Position numbers and translations under genes: made by a program | Shown: one piece after another, positions 40,471-49,547 of the stretch | Layout: every line of letters starts with the position of its first letter | How positions within the stretch are numbered: the first letter of the stretch is position 1 | Notes under the pieces: model-generated | Seen by the model: only the letters and a program-made list of their open reading frames with translations | Databases searched by the model: none | Told to the model about the DNA's origin: nothing | Assembly (NCBI GenBank): GCA_021775735.1 | Contig: JAJFHG010000022.1 | Coordinates: 1-58,877, forward strand | Direction of reading: 5' to 3' | From: Hyphomicrobiaceae bacterium | Lineage (GTDB): Bacteria; Pseudomonadota; Alphaproteobacteria; Rhizobiales; Hyphomicrobiaceae | DNA length: 58,877 nucleotides

Positions 40471-41772
40471 TTACCCAAACACACGCTCAAAAATGGTGTC
40501 GACGTGTTTGAGATGGTAGCCGATGTCAAACATGGCTTCCAAGTCCGAGGCTGGGATCTTAGCGGTAACGTCGCTGTCTGCTTTGAGTTCGCCCAGGAAA
40601 TCTTTGCCTTCATCCCACGTTTTCATCGCATTACGCTGCACCAGGCGATAGGCGTCTTCGCGGCTGACACCAGCTTGCGTCAGCGCCAAGAGCACACGTT
40701 GAGAATTATGCAAACCGCCAAGACGATCCAGGTTCTTCTGCATGTTGTCTGGATAGACCACGAGGTTTTCAATCACGCCAGCCAAACGAATGAGCGCAAA
40801 GTCGAGTGTCACCGTGGCATCTGGTCCAATCATGCGCTCAACCGATGAGTGTGAGATGTCGCGCTCGTGCCAGAGCGCAACATTTTCCATCGCAGGCATG
40901 GCGTAGGACCGCACCATGCGGGCAAGGCCTGTTAGATTTTCGGTTAGCACAGGGTTGCGCTTGTGTGGCATTGCGGACGAGCCCTTTTGGCCCTTGGAAA
41001 AAAATTCTTCCACTTCCAAAACTTCGGTGCGTTGCAAGTGACGAATTTCTGTTGCCAGACGTTCCACCGAGGAGGCAACGACGCCCAAGGTTGCAAAGAA
41101 CATGGCGTGGCGATCACGTGGGATCACTTGAGTTGAGACGGGCTCAGGGGTGAGGCCCAGTTTTTCCGCGACATACACTTCAACGCGTGGGTCAATGTTG
41201 GCAAACGTGCCAACAGCGCCGGAAAGTGCGCAGGTGGCAATTTCTTCTCGCGCTGCAACAAGGCGGGCCCGAGCGCGGTCAAATTCTGCATAGGCCAAAG
41301 CCAGTTTGACCCCAAACGTTGTTGGTTCTGCGTGGATGCCATGGCTGCGGCCTATGGTGAGGGTTGTTTTGTGTTCTTGTGCACGGGTTTTGAGGCCAGC
41401 CAAGAGGCGGTCGAGATCTGCAATCAGAATATCGGCCGCACGTGTCAATTGCACGTTGAGGCAGGTGTCCAATACGTCAGAAGACGTCATGCCTTGGTGC
41501 ACAAAGCGGGCTTCGGGTCCGACGTGTTCAGCCAAATGCGTAAGGAATGCAATCACATCATGCTTGGTTTCGCGCTCAATCTCGTCAATGCGGGACACAT
41601 CAAACTCAGCCGCAGCGCCCTTGTCCCAGATCGTTTTTGCCGCGTCTTTCGGAATGGTTCCCATCTCGGCCATGGCGTTGGCCGCATGGGCTTCAATTTC
41701 AAACCAAATGCGAAAGCGGGTTGCAGGCTCCCAGATGGCTGTCATCTCGGGACGGGAATAGCGCGGGATCAT
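40471..41772 (-). CDS. purB: Adenylosuccinate lyase
   Basis: The 433-aa product begins MIPRYSRPEMTAIWEPATRF and contains the fumarate-lyase signature region GSSAMPHKRNP. Confidence 0.95.
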   Translation of the reverse strand: MIPRYSRPEMTAIWEPATRFRIWFEIEAHAANAMAEMGTIPKDAAKTIWDKGAAAEFDVSRIDEIERETKHDVIAFLTHLAEHVGPEARFVHQGMTSSDVLDTCLNVQLTRAADILIADLDRLLAGLKTRAQEHKTTLTIGRSHGIHAEPTTFGVKLALAYAEFDRARARLVAAREEIATCALSGAVGTFANIDPRVEVYVAEKLGLTPEPVSTQVIPRDRHAMFFATLGVVASSVERLATEIRHLQRTEVLEVEEFFSKGQKGSSAMPHKRNPVLTENLTGLARMVRSYAMPAMENVALWHERDISHSSVERMIGPDATVTLDFALIRLAGVIENLVVYPDNMQKNLDRLGGLHNSQRVLLALTQAGVSREDAYRLVQRNAMKTWDEGKDFLGELKADSDVTAKIPASDLEAMFDIGYHLKHVDTIFERVFG

Positions 41773-41911
41773 GTCAGGGTCCGTTTTGGTGAGTGTGGGC
41801 TGGCGCAGATTGGCTGGCCTGTGCGCCTATGCCGGATGGAGTGTTACGTATGGGCCTGTGCCCTAGCAGTTGCCATGACGCTGGGCAATGTCGCGCTGAA
41901 TTGAGTTGTGG

Positions 41912-42955
41912 TTAGGCCTTGTTTAAGTCGCCGAATTTGGTTTTCCAGGCGGGTGGTCCGCGCCAGCGGTCGGGAGCTGGGGCTGCATGATAGACGCCAC
42001 GTGCGATGGCACGGGCCATCACATCGCCACCGACCGCACCAAGGCGGGCCAGTCGATGTGGCGACCACTGGGCGGCGCGTGGCTCACCAGATTGACCGGT
42101 TGCCAGCGCAAAGACAGCATCTCCATCAAGGGGCGTGTGAACAGGATAAATGGCGCGCGCCAATCCAGTTTGTGCCATTACGGCCAACCGATAGGCTTCG
42201 GCTTTGGTCAACTGGGCATTGGTAGCGACAATGCCAAGGGTGGTATTTTCCGGCGCCGACCCGTTGTCGTCTGGTTGACCTTTGAGGGGTGGTGGATCGG
42301 TTGGCCGTGGCCAGGGCGCTTGTGGCACGAGGCCCCCATATTCACCGTCAACTTCAAACGGTGCGGCCCAAAATGCGCCTGTCTCTCCAATTGTCGTGCT
42401 CCCCACTGCATTGACGGCGACAAGCGCGCCAATCCAGATGTCACCTTCAAAATGGGCGCTGGCACTGCCAAGCCCGCCACGTAGGCTTGCTGTCGTTGCC
42501 CCAAAGCCTGCACCGACACTGCCCAGTGCAAAATCATGACCTGCCGCATCACATGCTGTGCGACCCAGGTGCTCGTAGGGTGGCGAGGGTCCCCAGTCTT
42601 TGTCGCCGCCGTTCAGCATGTCGAACAAAATAGCCTGGGGCACAATCGGAATGGCGATGCCGCCGACATCAAATCCACGTTTGCGTTCAGCGAGCCATGA
42701 CTGAACGCCGGTTGCCGCTGACAGTCCAAACGCCGAGCCGCCCGAGAGCACCAGCCCATGGACCTCTGAGACGGTGCCTTCAAGGCCAATACAATCGCTT
42801 TCACGTGTGCCAGGACCACCACCGCGAATATCGAGTGCTGCCACCGCCGGCCGGTCTGGCAGCACGACAGTGACGCCTGAAAACGCGCAATCGTCGTGTG
42901 CATTGCCAACGCGCAGACCCGCAACATCGGTAATCAGATTTGAGTGTTTTGGCAT
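41912..42955 (-). CDS. Peptidase of the S58/DmpA (P1) family
   Basis: The N-terminus NLITDVAGLRVGNAHDD and the conserved self-processing region match the DmpA/L-aminopeptidase family. Confidence 0.7.
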   Translation of the reverse strand: MPKHSNLITDVAGLRVGNAHDDCAFSGVTVVLPDRPAVAALDIRGGGPGTRESDCIGLEGTVSEVHGLVLSGGSAFGLSAATGVQSWLAERKRGFDVGGIAIPIVPQAILFDMLNGGDKDWGPSPPYEHLGRTACDAAGHDFALGSVGAGFGATTASLRGGLGSASAHFEGDIWIGALVAVNAVGSTTIGETGAFWAAPFEVDGEYGGLVPQAPWPRPTDPPPLKGQPDDNGSAPENTTLGIVATNAQLTKAEAYRLAVMAQTGLARAIYPVHTPLDGDAVFALATGQSGEPRAAQWSPHRLARLGAVGGDVMARAIARGVYHAAPAPDRWRGPPAWKTKFGDLNKA

Positions 42956-43180
42956 GGTCTCTTTTTGGATGTGAGAGGTTGAGGTACAGGACTGAACGGC
43001 GTCGTTTGGTTTCTACGCCTATTTATGGCGCGATAACTGATGGATCGCGACCTCTAATCTGGCCGATTATCAAGGTGATGGAAACGTACCAAGCCGACAA
43101 ATTTGATGTTACCGAGCGGGGCGTCAACACCGAGGCACGCGCAAAGTGTGGAATTCAAACCACGCTTTACCAAGAACACA

Positions 43181-43369
43181 ATTATGTCTCTTGAAATCCA
43201 CAATGCCAGTGGCAGAGTACTTATGGTCAGAACTGGCGTTTGGCGTTTGTTAAGGGACGACACGTACCGTGAAGCCCGTGTCGTTCACCTGCAGGTTCTT
43301 GAGAGCGCATTGCAGTGCAACAAATGCACCTCGTCGGGTCCGAGCCGGGTTCAATTGAGGATACACTAA
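43181..43369 (+). CDS. Candidate small basic protein (61 aa), translationally coupled to the next ORF
   Basis: The product is MSLEIHNASGRVLMVRTGVWRLLRDD.... Its TAA stop overlaps the next ATG as TAATG at 43367-43371. Confidence 0.3.
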   Translation: MMSLEIHNASGRVLMVRTGVWRLLRDDTYREARVVHLQVLESALQCNKCTSSGPSRVQLRIH

Positions 43370-43578
43370 TGCGAGACGATGAAGGCGATCACGTCAGTGA
43401 AGAAGTCGCCGCTTTAAATCAACAATGTGATGAGCTTGATGATCCACGTGAATGCTATCGTTTGGTGCAAGACCACATTCGACAACATAAAAATGATGGT
43501 ACGACAGTGCCAAAAGACCTGACCATCCTTGAGCGCCAATTGGCGCGTGAGTGTATGGCCGAAAGTCAGGGTCGCTAA
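43369..43578 (+). CDS. Candidate small acidic protein (69 aa)
   Basis: The product is MRDDEGDHVSEEVAALNQQCDELDDPRECYRLVQDHIRQH.... AGGA lies 7 nt upstream of the ATG, and a terminator hairpin follows the stop. Confidence 0.35.
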   Translation: MRDDEGDHVSEEVAALNQQCDELDDPRECYRLVQDHIRQHKNDGTTVPKDLTILERQLARECMAESQGR

Positions 43579-43610
43579 CGCAGGCCTCGCGTACGCGACC
43601 ATTATTTTTC
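43563..43610 (+). terminator. Rho-independent terminator after the small-ORF cluster
   Basis: GGTCGC...GCGACC forms a GC-rich hairpin followed by ATTATTTTTCC. Confidence 0.55.
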
Positions 43611-43777
43611 CTCACTTCGTCCGTCTCCACGGATATTTTTCATGTTTTAGCACTTTTGAGCTGTACCCATGGTGCCCGCGGCCTTGCGAGCGCCCCCCTT
43701 GATGCCCTACCGTCAACCCCATAATAAACGCTGCAAGGCAGCGTACCGAAGTGGTTTGCAGTTGAGGGCAGGCAAAA

Positions 43778-44209
43778 ATGACAAAAGAAATATTTGTTGT
43801 TGGCTACGACGGAATCGACACCGCTGTTGTTGACTACGCCATCAAGTGCGCAGGCAAAATCGATGCGTCTTTGCTCATCGTCCACGTTCTTGAATGGTCT
43901 CCATTCGCATTTCTGACGCCGGAAGAAATTGAAAGCCGTCATGCCAAACGCAGTGAAGAGCTGGCGCGCGCCGAGAAGGCAGTGATGCGCCCGATGCTTG
44001 ATCGGGCAGTGGCGGCTGGCGTAGAGGCTTCAGGCGCAGTTCGATTTGGCGCGGCCGTCAGTATCCTATGTGACATCGCCAAGGAAAAAAATGCAGAACA
44101 AATGTTTGTCGGTCGCACCGGTGAAACGCCGCTTAAAGCACGTGTGTTTGGGAGCGTGGCGGTCGGTCTTGCACAAGCCTCGCCTGTGCCAATTGTAATC
44201 GTTCCCTAG
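43778..44209 (+). CDS. Universal stress protein (UspA family)
   Basis: The 143-aa product begins [25 protein letters not shown] and has the C-terminal Usp motif ...[17 protein letters not shown]. Confidence 0.8.
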   Translation: MTKEIFVVGYDGIDTAVVDYAIKCAGKIDASLLIVHVLEWSPFAFLTPEEIESRHAKRSEELARAEKAVMRPMLDRAVAAGVEASGAVRFGAAVSILCDIAKEKNAEQMFVGRTGETPLKARVFGSVAVGLAQASPVPIVIVP

Positions 44210-44250
44210 TCAGCTGGACGACCATTCATCAATCTGAGGTAAAATTCTCC

Positions 44251-45828
44251 ATGGCAATCCAACCCGGTTTACGTCGCAGTGGCGCTGTGACGCTTGCAGC
44301 TCTTGCGGCTTTCATGGCCACGCCAGCGCACGCAGGCTCGATTGATGAGACCATCAATTCATATATTTCAGCCATAACGGGTCCGTTTGTTTCGTTTATT
44401 TTTTCTCCGTTCCCCGGCACGACGTTTCCCTGGATTGTGTTGTGGCTGATTTTGGCGGCCACCGTTTTTACACTGTACTTTGGGTTCATTCAGGTGCGTG
44501 CATTTCGCCATTCGCTTTCACTTGTGCGCGGTGACTATGACAACCCCAACGACGCCGGTGAGGTCAGCCACTTCCAAGCATTGGCAACGGCCCTGTCGGG
44601 AACTGTTGGACTGGGCAACATTGCAGGTGTTGCTGTTGCGATATCAATTGGTGGACCAGGTGCCACGTTCTGGATGATTTTGGCTGGTCTTTCGGGTATG
44701 GCAACGAAGTTTACCGAGTGCACACTGGGTGTGAAGTATCGCAACGAGTATGCCGACGGTACCGTCTCTGGCGGGCCGATGTATTACCTCTCCAAGGGTT
44801 TGGCAGAACGCGGTCTTGGCGGTCTTGGTCGCTTCCTTGCAGTTATTTTTGCAGTGTTCTGCATGATGGGTGCACTTGGTGCTGGCAATATGTTTCAGGC
44901 CAATCAGGTCCATGCTCAGTTGGTCAACGTTACGGGCGGCGTTGGTACAAGCTTCCTTGATGGAAAGGGCTGGTTGACTGGCTTAGTGATGGCAGCCCTC
45001 GTCTTTGCTGTAATTATTGGTGGCATAAAATCGATTGCGCGCGTCACCGAAAAGATTGTGCCGCTGATGGCGCTTATCTATCTGGCTGCTGGTCTCGTGA
45101 TTTTAATCATGCATGCCGACATGATCCCGTGGGCGTTTGGTCGGATTATTGATGGTGCGTTCACAGGACTTGGCGTTGCCGGTGGTGTTGTGGGCGCGTT
45201 GATTCAGGGCTTTAAGCGTGCGGCTTTCTCGAACGAAGCGGGACTTGGCTCAGCAGCCATTGCGCACGCGGCAGTCCGTACGAACGAGCCGATCACGGAA
45301 GGGTTCGTGTCGCTATTAGAGCCGTTTATCGACACCGTCGTTATCTGCACTATGACCGCGTTGGTCATTATCATCACTGGCGTTTTGCAAACGGACCCAG
45401 CAACAGGGCTATATGTGTGGAATGCAGACGCAGGGCGTATCGCAACTGAAGGCAACTTGACAGGTGTCGAGTTGACGTCTGCTGCATTTGGTTCCGTCTT
45501 TAGCTGGTTCCCATATGTGCTTGCACTTTCGGTTGTGCTGTTTGCGTTCTCAACCATGATCTCATGGTCGTACTATGGAGTGAAAGCGTGGACGTACTTG
45601 TTCGGCGAAGAGACTGCAGGCGCCTTTCGGATTATCTTCTGCATTTTTGTCATCATCGGCGCGGCAATGAATCTAAGCGCTGTGATTGATTTTGCCGACG
45701 CGTCTGTTTTTGCAATGGCACTCGCGAATGTTATCGGCCTTTACCTGCTGATGCCGGTTGTCAAACGCGAATTAAATTCTTATCTCGCGCGCCTTAAGAG
45801 CGGTGAAATCAAGAAACATAATGTTTAA
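44251..45828 (+). CDS. Alanine/glycine:cation symporter (AGCS family)
   Basis: The product contains [53 protein letters not shown], a signature region of sodium:alanine symporters. Confidence 0.85.
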   Translation: MAIQPGLRRSGAVTLAALAAFMATPAHAGSIDETINSYISAITGPFVSFIFSPFPGTTFPWIVLWLILAATVFTLYFGFIQVRAFRHSLSLVRGDYDNPNDAGEVSHFQALATALSGTVGLGNIAGVAVAISIGGPGATFWMILAGLSGMATKFTECTLGVKYRNEYADGTVSGGPMYYLSKGLAERGLGGLGRFLAVIFAVFCMMGALGAGNMFQANQVHAQLVNVTGGVGTSFLDGKGWLTGLVMAALVFAVIIGGIKSIARVTEKIVPLMALIYLAAGLVILIMHADMIPWAFGRIIDGAFTGLGVAGGVVGALIQGFKRAAFSNEAGLGSAAIAHAAVRTNEPITEGFVSLLEPFIDTVVICTMTALVIIITGVLQTDPATGLYVWNADAGRIATEGNLTGVELTSAAFGSVFSWFPYVLALSVVLFAFSTMISWSYYGVKAWTYLFGEETAGAFRIIFCIFVIIGAAMNLSAVIDFADASVFAMALANVIGLYLLMPVVKRELNSYLARLKSGEIKKHNV

Positions 45829-45839
45829 GACATAGAAAA

Positions 45840-45866
45840 GTCCGCTGGCCCAAGTGACCAGCGGAC
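45840..45866. terminator. Bidirectional terminator hairpin between the AGCS gene and the CDGSH gene
   Basis: The hairpin GTCCGCTGG-cccaagtga-CCAGCGGAC is followed on the minus strand by CTTTTC. Confidence 0.5.
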
Positions 45867-45898
45867 AAGTTCAAATGCAGTGTTGGTGTTGTGTGCGC

Positions 45899-46141
45899 TT
45901 ACAAAAGATTGTGCGAACCGTCGCAATAGGGCGCGTCATCAGTGTCTTTGCAGCCGCATAAGTTAAATGTACCGCTGCTGGGTGGTGAGAACTTGAGCGG
46001 CTCAATTCCAGTATCCTTGTGCGATCCATCACAAAGCGGTTGCTTTTTAGAACGACCGCAGCGGCAGTAAAAATAAGATTTCCCTTCTTCCAACTCGACT
46101 TGGTAAGGGCCTGTTTGGGCGACGATGGGATCTTCTGCCAT
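45899..46141 (-). CDS. CDGSH-type iron-sulfur domain protein
   Basis: Two CDGSH motifs are present (CRCGRSKKQPLCDGSH and CGCKDTDDAPYCDGSH). Confidence 0.75.
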   Translation of the reverse strand: MAEDPIVAQTGPYQVELEEGKSYFYCRCGRSKKQPLCDGSHKDTGIEPLKFSPPSSGTFNLCGCKDTDDAPYCDGSHNLL

Positions 46142-46323
46142 GAGTTACGTCCTGTGCTTTCAGATTTTGGAAGATGCTTGATATTCTCAAGCAATGACTG
46201 CTGACTAAGACTCCTACACGGGTTAAACAGGCTCGCGCAAGCAACTTTCAACGATTATCAGATCAGTTTCTGAGACGGTGAAAATTCTGGTTGAGGGTTA
46301 GGCTCAATGCAATCGTTAGGACG

Positions 46324-46650
46324 TCACGCCACAACATTTAACTGGCGCTCAGCTTCGATCTTGACGCCAGTGTCATCAATCCAGGTCAGCTTGAGAATGC
46401 CGGGCTGAGAGACCCTTAGATAAAATGACATAAATGGATTGGCGGCGACACCGGTACCAAACTCGGCATCGAAGACACGCGCACCGTCGAGATCAGCCGT
46501 AAAGGTATGGATAATATTTCGTGGGATGGTTTTGCCTTGCGCATCTTTGCGGTAACCACGCTCCATAGGGTGGCGCACCAGCGCTTTGACCTCGATGGTT
46601 TCACCGACTTTCATCGCTTCTGGCAATTTGATCCGCGGCTTGGCCGTCAT
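46324..46650 (-). CDS. soxZ: SoxZ-like sulfur carrier protein
   Basis: IEVKALVRHPMERGYRKDAQGKTIPRNIIHTF...LKLTWIDDTGV matches the SoxZ pattern EVKALISHPMETG...ITWVD. The start was set at MTAKPRIKL, with GAGGG 8 nt upstream. Confidence 0.7.
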   Translation of the reverse strand: MTAKPRIKLPEAMKVGETIEVKALVRHPMERGYRKDAQGKTIPRNIIHTFTADLDGARVFDAEFGTGVAANPFMSFYLRVSQPGILKLTWIDDTGVKIEAERQLNVVA

Positions 46651-46666
46651 GAGTTTGACCCTCGCA

Positions 46667-47182
46667 TTAGGTTTCACACCCTCCGATGGCAACTTGCACA
46701 TAGCGTTTGGCAATGTAGAGGCGAGCTGCTGACGTTTCAGCGCTAGAAAGCTCCGCAATGGCCACGACATTTTGCGTTTTGGCAAGACGCATGCGTCCGG
46801 CGACTGCCGCACGCCCCGACTGCGGTGTGAAGTTAAACCGTGCAACACGTGCAAACGGATTTTCCGTTGATAGGAGATGAACGCGTTTCACGTAGTCGTT
46901 GGGTTCCATCGCATGATCGACAGACAAGCGATAGAAAACCATATTGCCATTCTCGATATAGGCGTCGATCTCAAGTTTGATCTTGTCTTCAATTGGCTGT
47001 GCGTCTTTGGTCAGCGCATCATAAGCGGCCTTGAAGTCATCGGACTTTTGAGCGGCTAGAACACGTGTTAGCGCACCGGATACAGACAACCCGACACCCA
47101 CGCTGCTTGCGGTGATGAGAAAATCACGTCGACTGGGGTTTGCGGATACAAGGGGTGAGTTCATGTTCGGGCGAAAAGTCAC
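46667..47182 (-). CDS. soxY: SoxY-like protein with a Tat signal and a non-canonical C-terminal arm (IGGCET)
   Basis: The protein has a twin-arginine motif (SRRDFLI) and the SoxY core (...FTPQSGRAAVAGRMRLAKTQNVVAIAELS...). Its C-terminus is VAIGGCET-stop rather than the canonical GGCGG. Confidence 0.65.
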   Translation of the reverse strand: MTFRPNMNSPLVSANPSRRDFLITASSVGVGLSVSGALTRVLAAQKSDDFKAAYDALTKDAQPIEDKIKLEIDAYIENGNMVFYRLSVDHAMEPNDYVKRVHLLSTENPFARVARFNFTPQSGRAAVAGRMRLAKTQNVVAIAELSSAETSAARLYIAKRYVQVAIGGCET

Positions 47183-47395
47183 TGTCTTATAGCGTTAATG
47201 ATATGAGGGCTTAGATATGCGGTTCAGTGACTAAAGTTACAATAGGGTACTGTAAAGTCCCTCCGTCTCGATCCTATTTTTATCACAACAATTTCTTGCA
47301 AATGAGGCGATATTGGCTGTCTTAAGGCTGTAATTGGACGGCAGACTTGCTAAAAACCTGCCACGATCGACGGTTGGTTTCCGAGCGAGGTTTAA

Positions 47396-47869
47396 ATGAG
47401 CGGTGACGGTCAACACAGTTTTGTACTTACGCAGCGAGATGTATTCGGTGTTGCTTTCGTCTTTTGTCTGCTGGTTGCTGTAACCATGACATCGTTTGCG
47501 CGTGCAGATGAAAAGCCAAGCCCTCTCCTTGATAACTTGCCCCATGCATCAGACACTGAATTTCGGTTGGTAATGGTTGCCATTGAAGGCTGTCCGTTTT
47601 GTATGCGTTGGCAGAGCCAGGTTGGTCATCTGTATCCTAAAAGTGCTGAAGCAAAACGTGTGCCTTTGGTGAAGGTTAGGTTTGGTTCTAAAACGCTGGC
47701 AGGATTCAAAAAAATTAAATATACACCGACCTTTTTGGTATTAAGAGGTCAAACTGAAATCGGGCGAATTGCGGGATATCCAGGTGCTGATCCGTTTTGG
47801 GAAGAGCTTGGCATAATTCTCAACAAGCATGATGCCCAGCCAGACCCAACAAACAAGGCCCGACCATGA
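47396..47869 (+). CDS. Periplasmic thioredoxin-fold protein (CPFC motif), SoxS/SoxW-like
   Basis: A signal peptide is followed by VAIEGCPFCMRWQ, a CxxC active site. The stop overlaps the fccB start as ATGA. Confidence 0.55.
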   Translation: MSGDGQHSFVLTQRDVFGVAFVFCLLVAVTMTSFARADEKPSPLLDNLPHASDTEFRLVMVAIEGCPFCMRWQSQVGHLYPKSAEAKRVPLVKVRFGSKTLAGFKKIKYTPTFLVLRGQTEIGRIAGYPGADPFWEELGIILNKHDAQPDPTNKARP

Positions 47870-49179
47870 CAACACCACCAAAAATAGATAGGCGTGCCGC
47901 TCTCATTGCACTTGGAGGTGCTGGCGTTGTTGCAACAGGCCTGGCCGTTTCGCGTTTTGCCATTGCCCGTGGGGAGACCAATGTTGTTGTTATCGGAGGT
48001 GGACCGGGAGGGGCAACGGTTGCTGGTGAACTCAAACGGCTCGCACCCAAGCTCAATGTGACACTCATTGAAAAAGACAAGCGTTACACATCCTGTTTTT
48101 TTTCAAATCACTACATTGCGGGCGAAAGGAGTTTTGACAGCATCACGCACACGTTTAGCGGGTTAAAAAAACGCGGTGTTAATGTGCGTCGCGGCACGGT
48201 GCGCAGTATTGACGCAAAAAACAAGAAAGTACAATTTGGTAAAACCCTTGAGGCGAACTATGATCTGCTTGTTGTCGCGCCGGGCATCTCGCTCGTATAT
48301 GACAGCATTGAAGGGTATTCAAAAGACGCGACAAAAGTCATGCCGCATGCTTGGCAGGGTGGCGTGCAATCAAAAATATTGCGCGCGCGACTTGAAAAAA
48401 TGCCTGACGGTGGAACGGTTGTTTTAGCGCCACCCAAAATGCCATATCGCTGTCCGCCCGGGCCCTATGAACGCGCCTGTCTAATTGCGCACTATCTAAA
48501 AACAAAAAAACCAAAATCAAAACTCATTATCCTGGATGCGAAGTTTTCATTTTCAAAGCAGCCCGTTTTTGAAGAAGCCTTTCAACGCTATTACAAAGAC
48601 ATCATCGAGCTTCATCTTTCTAACGATATTGATGATTTCGGCGTGTCCCGTGTCGATGTTCGCACCGGTGAGATCTATACCCCTGCGGGCCTGATCGTAA
48701 AAGCAGACGTCGCCAACATAATTCCACGCCAAACTGCTGGTGAAATAGCTCTTAAATCCGGCCTTGCTGAAGGTGATTGGTGTCCGATCAAGCCGGACAA
48801 TTTCCGCTCGTCTAAGTCTGAAGACATCTATGTGTTAGGCGATGCCTCAATCGCCAAAGCGATGCCAAAGTCAGCGTTTTCCGCGCACAGCCAAGCCAAA
48901 ACAGTCGTCGCCGATATTCTTGACCGTCTCGATGTCAAAGACGCCGGTGATGTTCGCTTGCAGAATACCTGCTGGTCGATGTTGGCGCCCGACGACAGTG
49001 CAATTATCGGTGCCACTTATCAGCCTGGTGAGCTCAATGGTTCTGAACAGCTCTTGGCTGAGGGATCATATGTGTCAAAGCCTGGTGAGACTGCAGAGGT
49101 ACGCCGACAAAACTACAAAGACAGCATTGCCTGGTATGAGACATTGACCAATGATGTTTACGCCAAGCAGGCCAGTTGA
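47866..49179 (+). CDS. Flavocytochrome c sulfide dehydrogenase flavoprotein-like FAD oxidoreductase (FccB/SoxF family)
   Basis: A Tat motif (DRRAALIALG) precedes the FAD-binding VVVIGGGPGGATVAG. LNVTLIEKDKRYTSCFFSN...DLLVVAPGISL aligns with Allochromatium FccB (VTLIEPNTDYYTCYLSN...VVAPGIEL). Confidence 0.75.
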   Translation: MTTPPKIDRRAALIALGGAGVVATGLAVSRFAIARGETNVVVIGGGPGGATVAGELKRLAPKLNVTLIEKDKRYTSCFFSNHYIAGERSFDSITHTFSGLKKRGVNVRRGTVRSIDAKNKKVQFGKTLEANYDLLVVAPGISLVYDSIEGYSKDATKVMPHAWQGGVQSKILRARLEKMPDGGTVVLAPPKMPYRCPPGPYERACLIAHYLKTKKPKSKLIILDAKFSFSKQPVFEEAFQRYYKDIIELHLSNDIDDFGVSRVDVRTGEIYTPAGLIVKADVANIIPRQTAGEIALKSGLAEGDWCPIKPDNFRSSKSEDIYVLGDASIAKAMPKSAFSAHSQAKTVVADILDRLDVKDAGDVRLQNTCWSMLAPDDSAIIGATYQPGELNGSEQLLAEGSYVSKPGETAEVRRQNYKDSIAWYETLTNDVYAKQAS

Positions 49180-49406
49180 TGTGCTGGCATGGATGCTATC
49201 TGCAACTTAAAGACGGTTTGCACATAAGAAATTTGCGGTCTGAGCCAAGTCCTTTCACCAAATACAAATTTGATTGCCTTAAGGAGCTGGTTTTGATGCA
49301 GAAGGGCTCGCAAGCTCCGCCAAGGGGGACTATGGTTGTTGGCATAAGAACAAGCGGTTTGCGGATTGCTTTGCCCAGCCTGGTTGCTCATTGCCCCAAC
49401 TTAACG

Positions 49407-49422
49407 TTGACGTTAACGTCAA
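49407..49422. promoter_or_regulatory. Perfect 16-bp palindrome TTGACGTTAACGTCAA, about 125 nt upstream of fadE
   Basis: The palindrome is seen directly in the sequence and sits within AACTTAACGTTGACGTTAACGTCAACTTA. It is a candidate operator for the fad operon. Confidence 0.5.
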
Positions 49423-49547
49423 CTTAGGATATCAGGTGGCAAATCCTAAAGCGAAATCGAGTGCTGGAAGCAGAGCTTGGATGCGCCGTTGGGCGGTTTA
49501 AACGGATCTCGGCTGCGGCCCGGGGCACCGTTGGGAGGCATTGAGCC

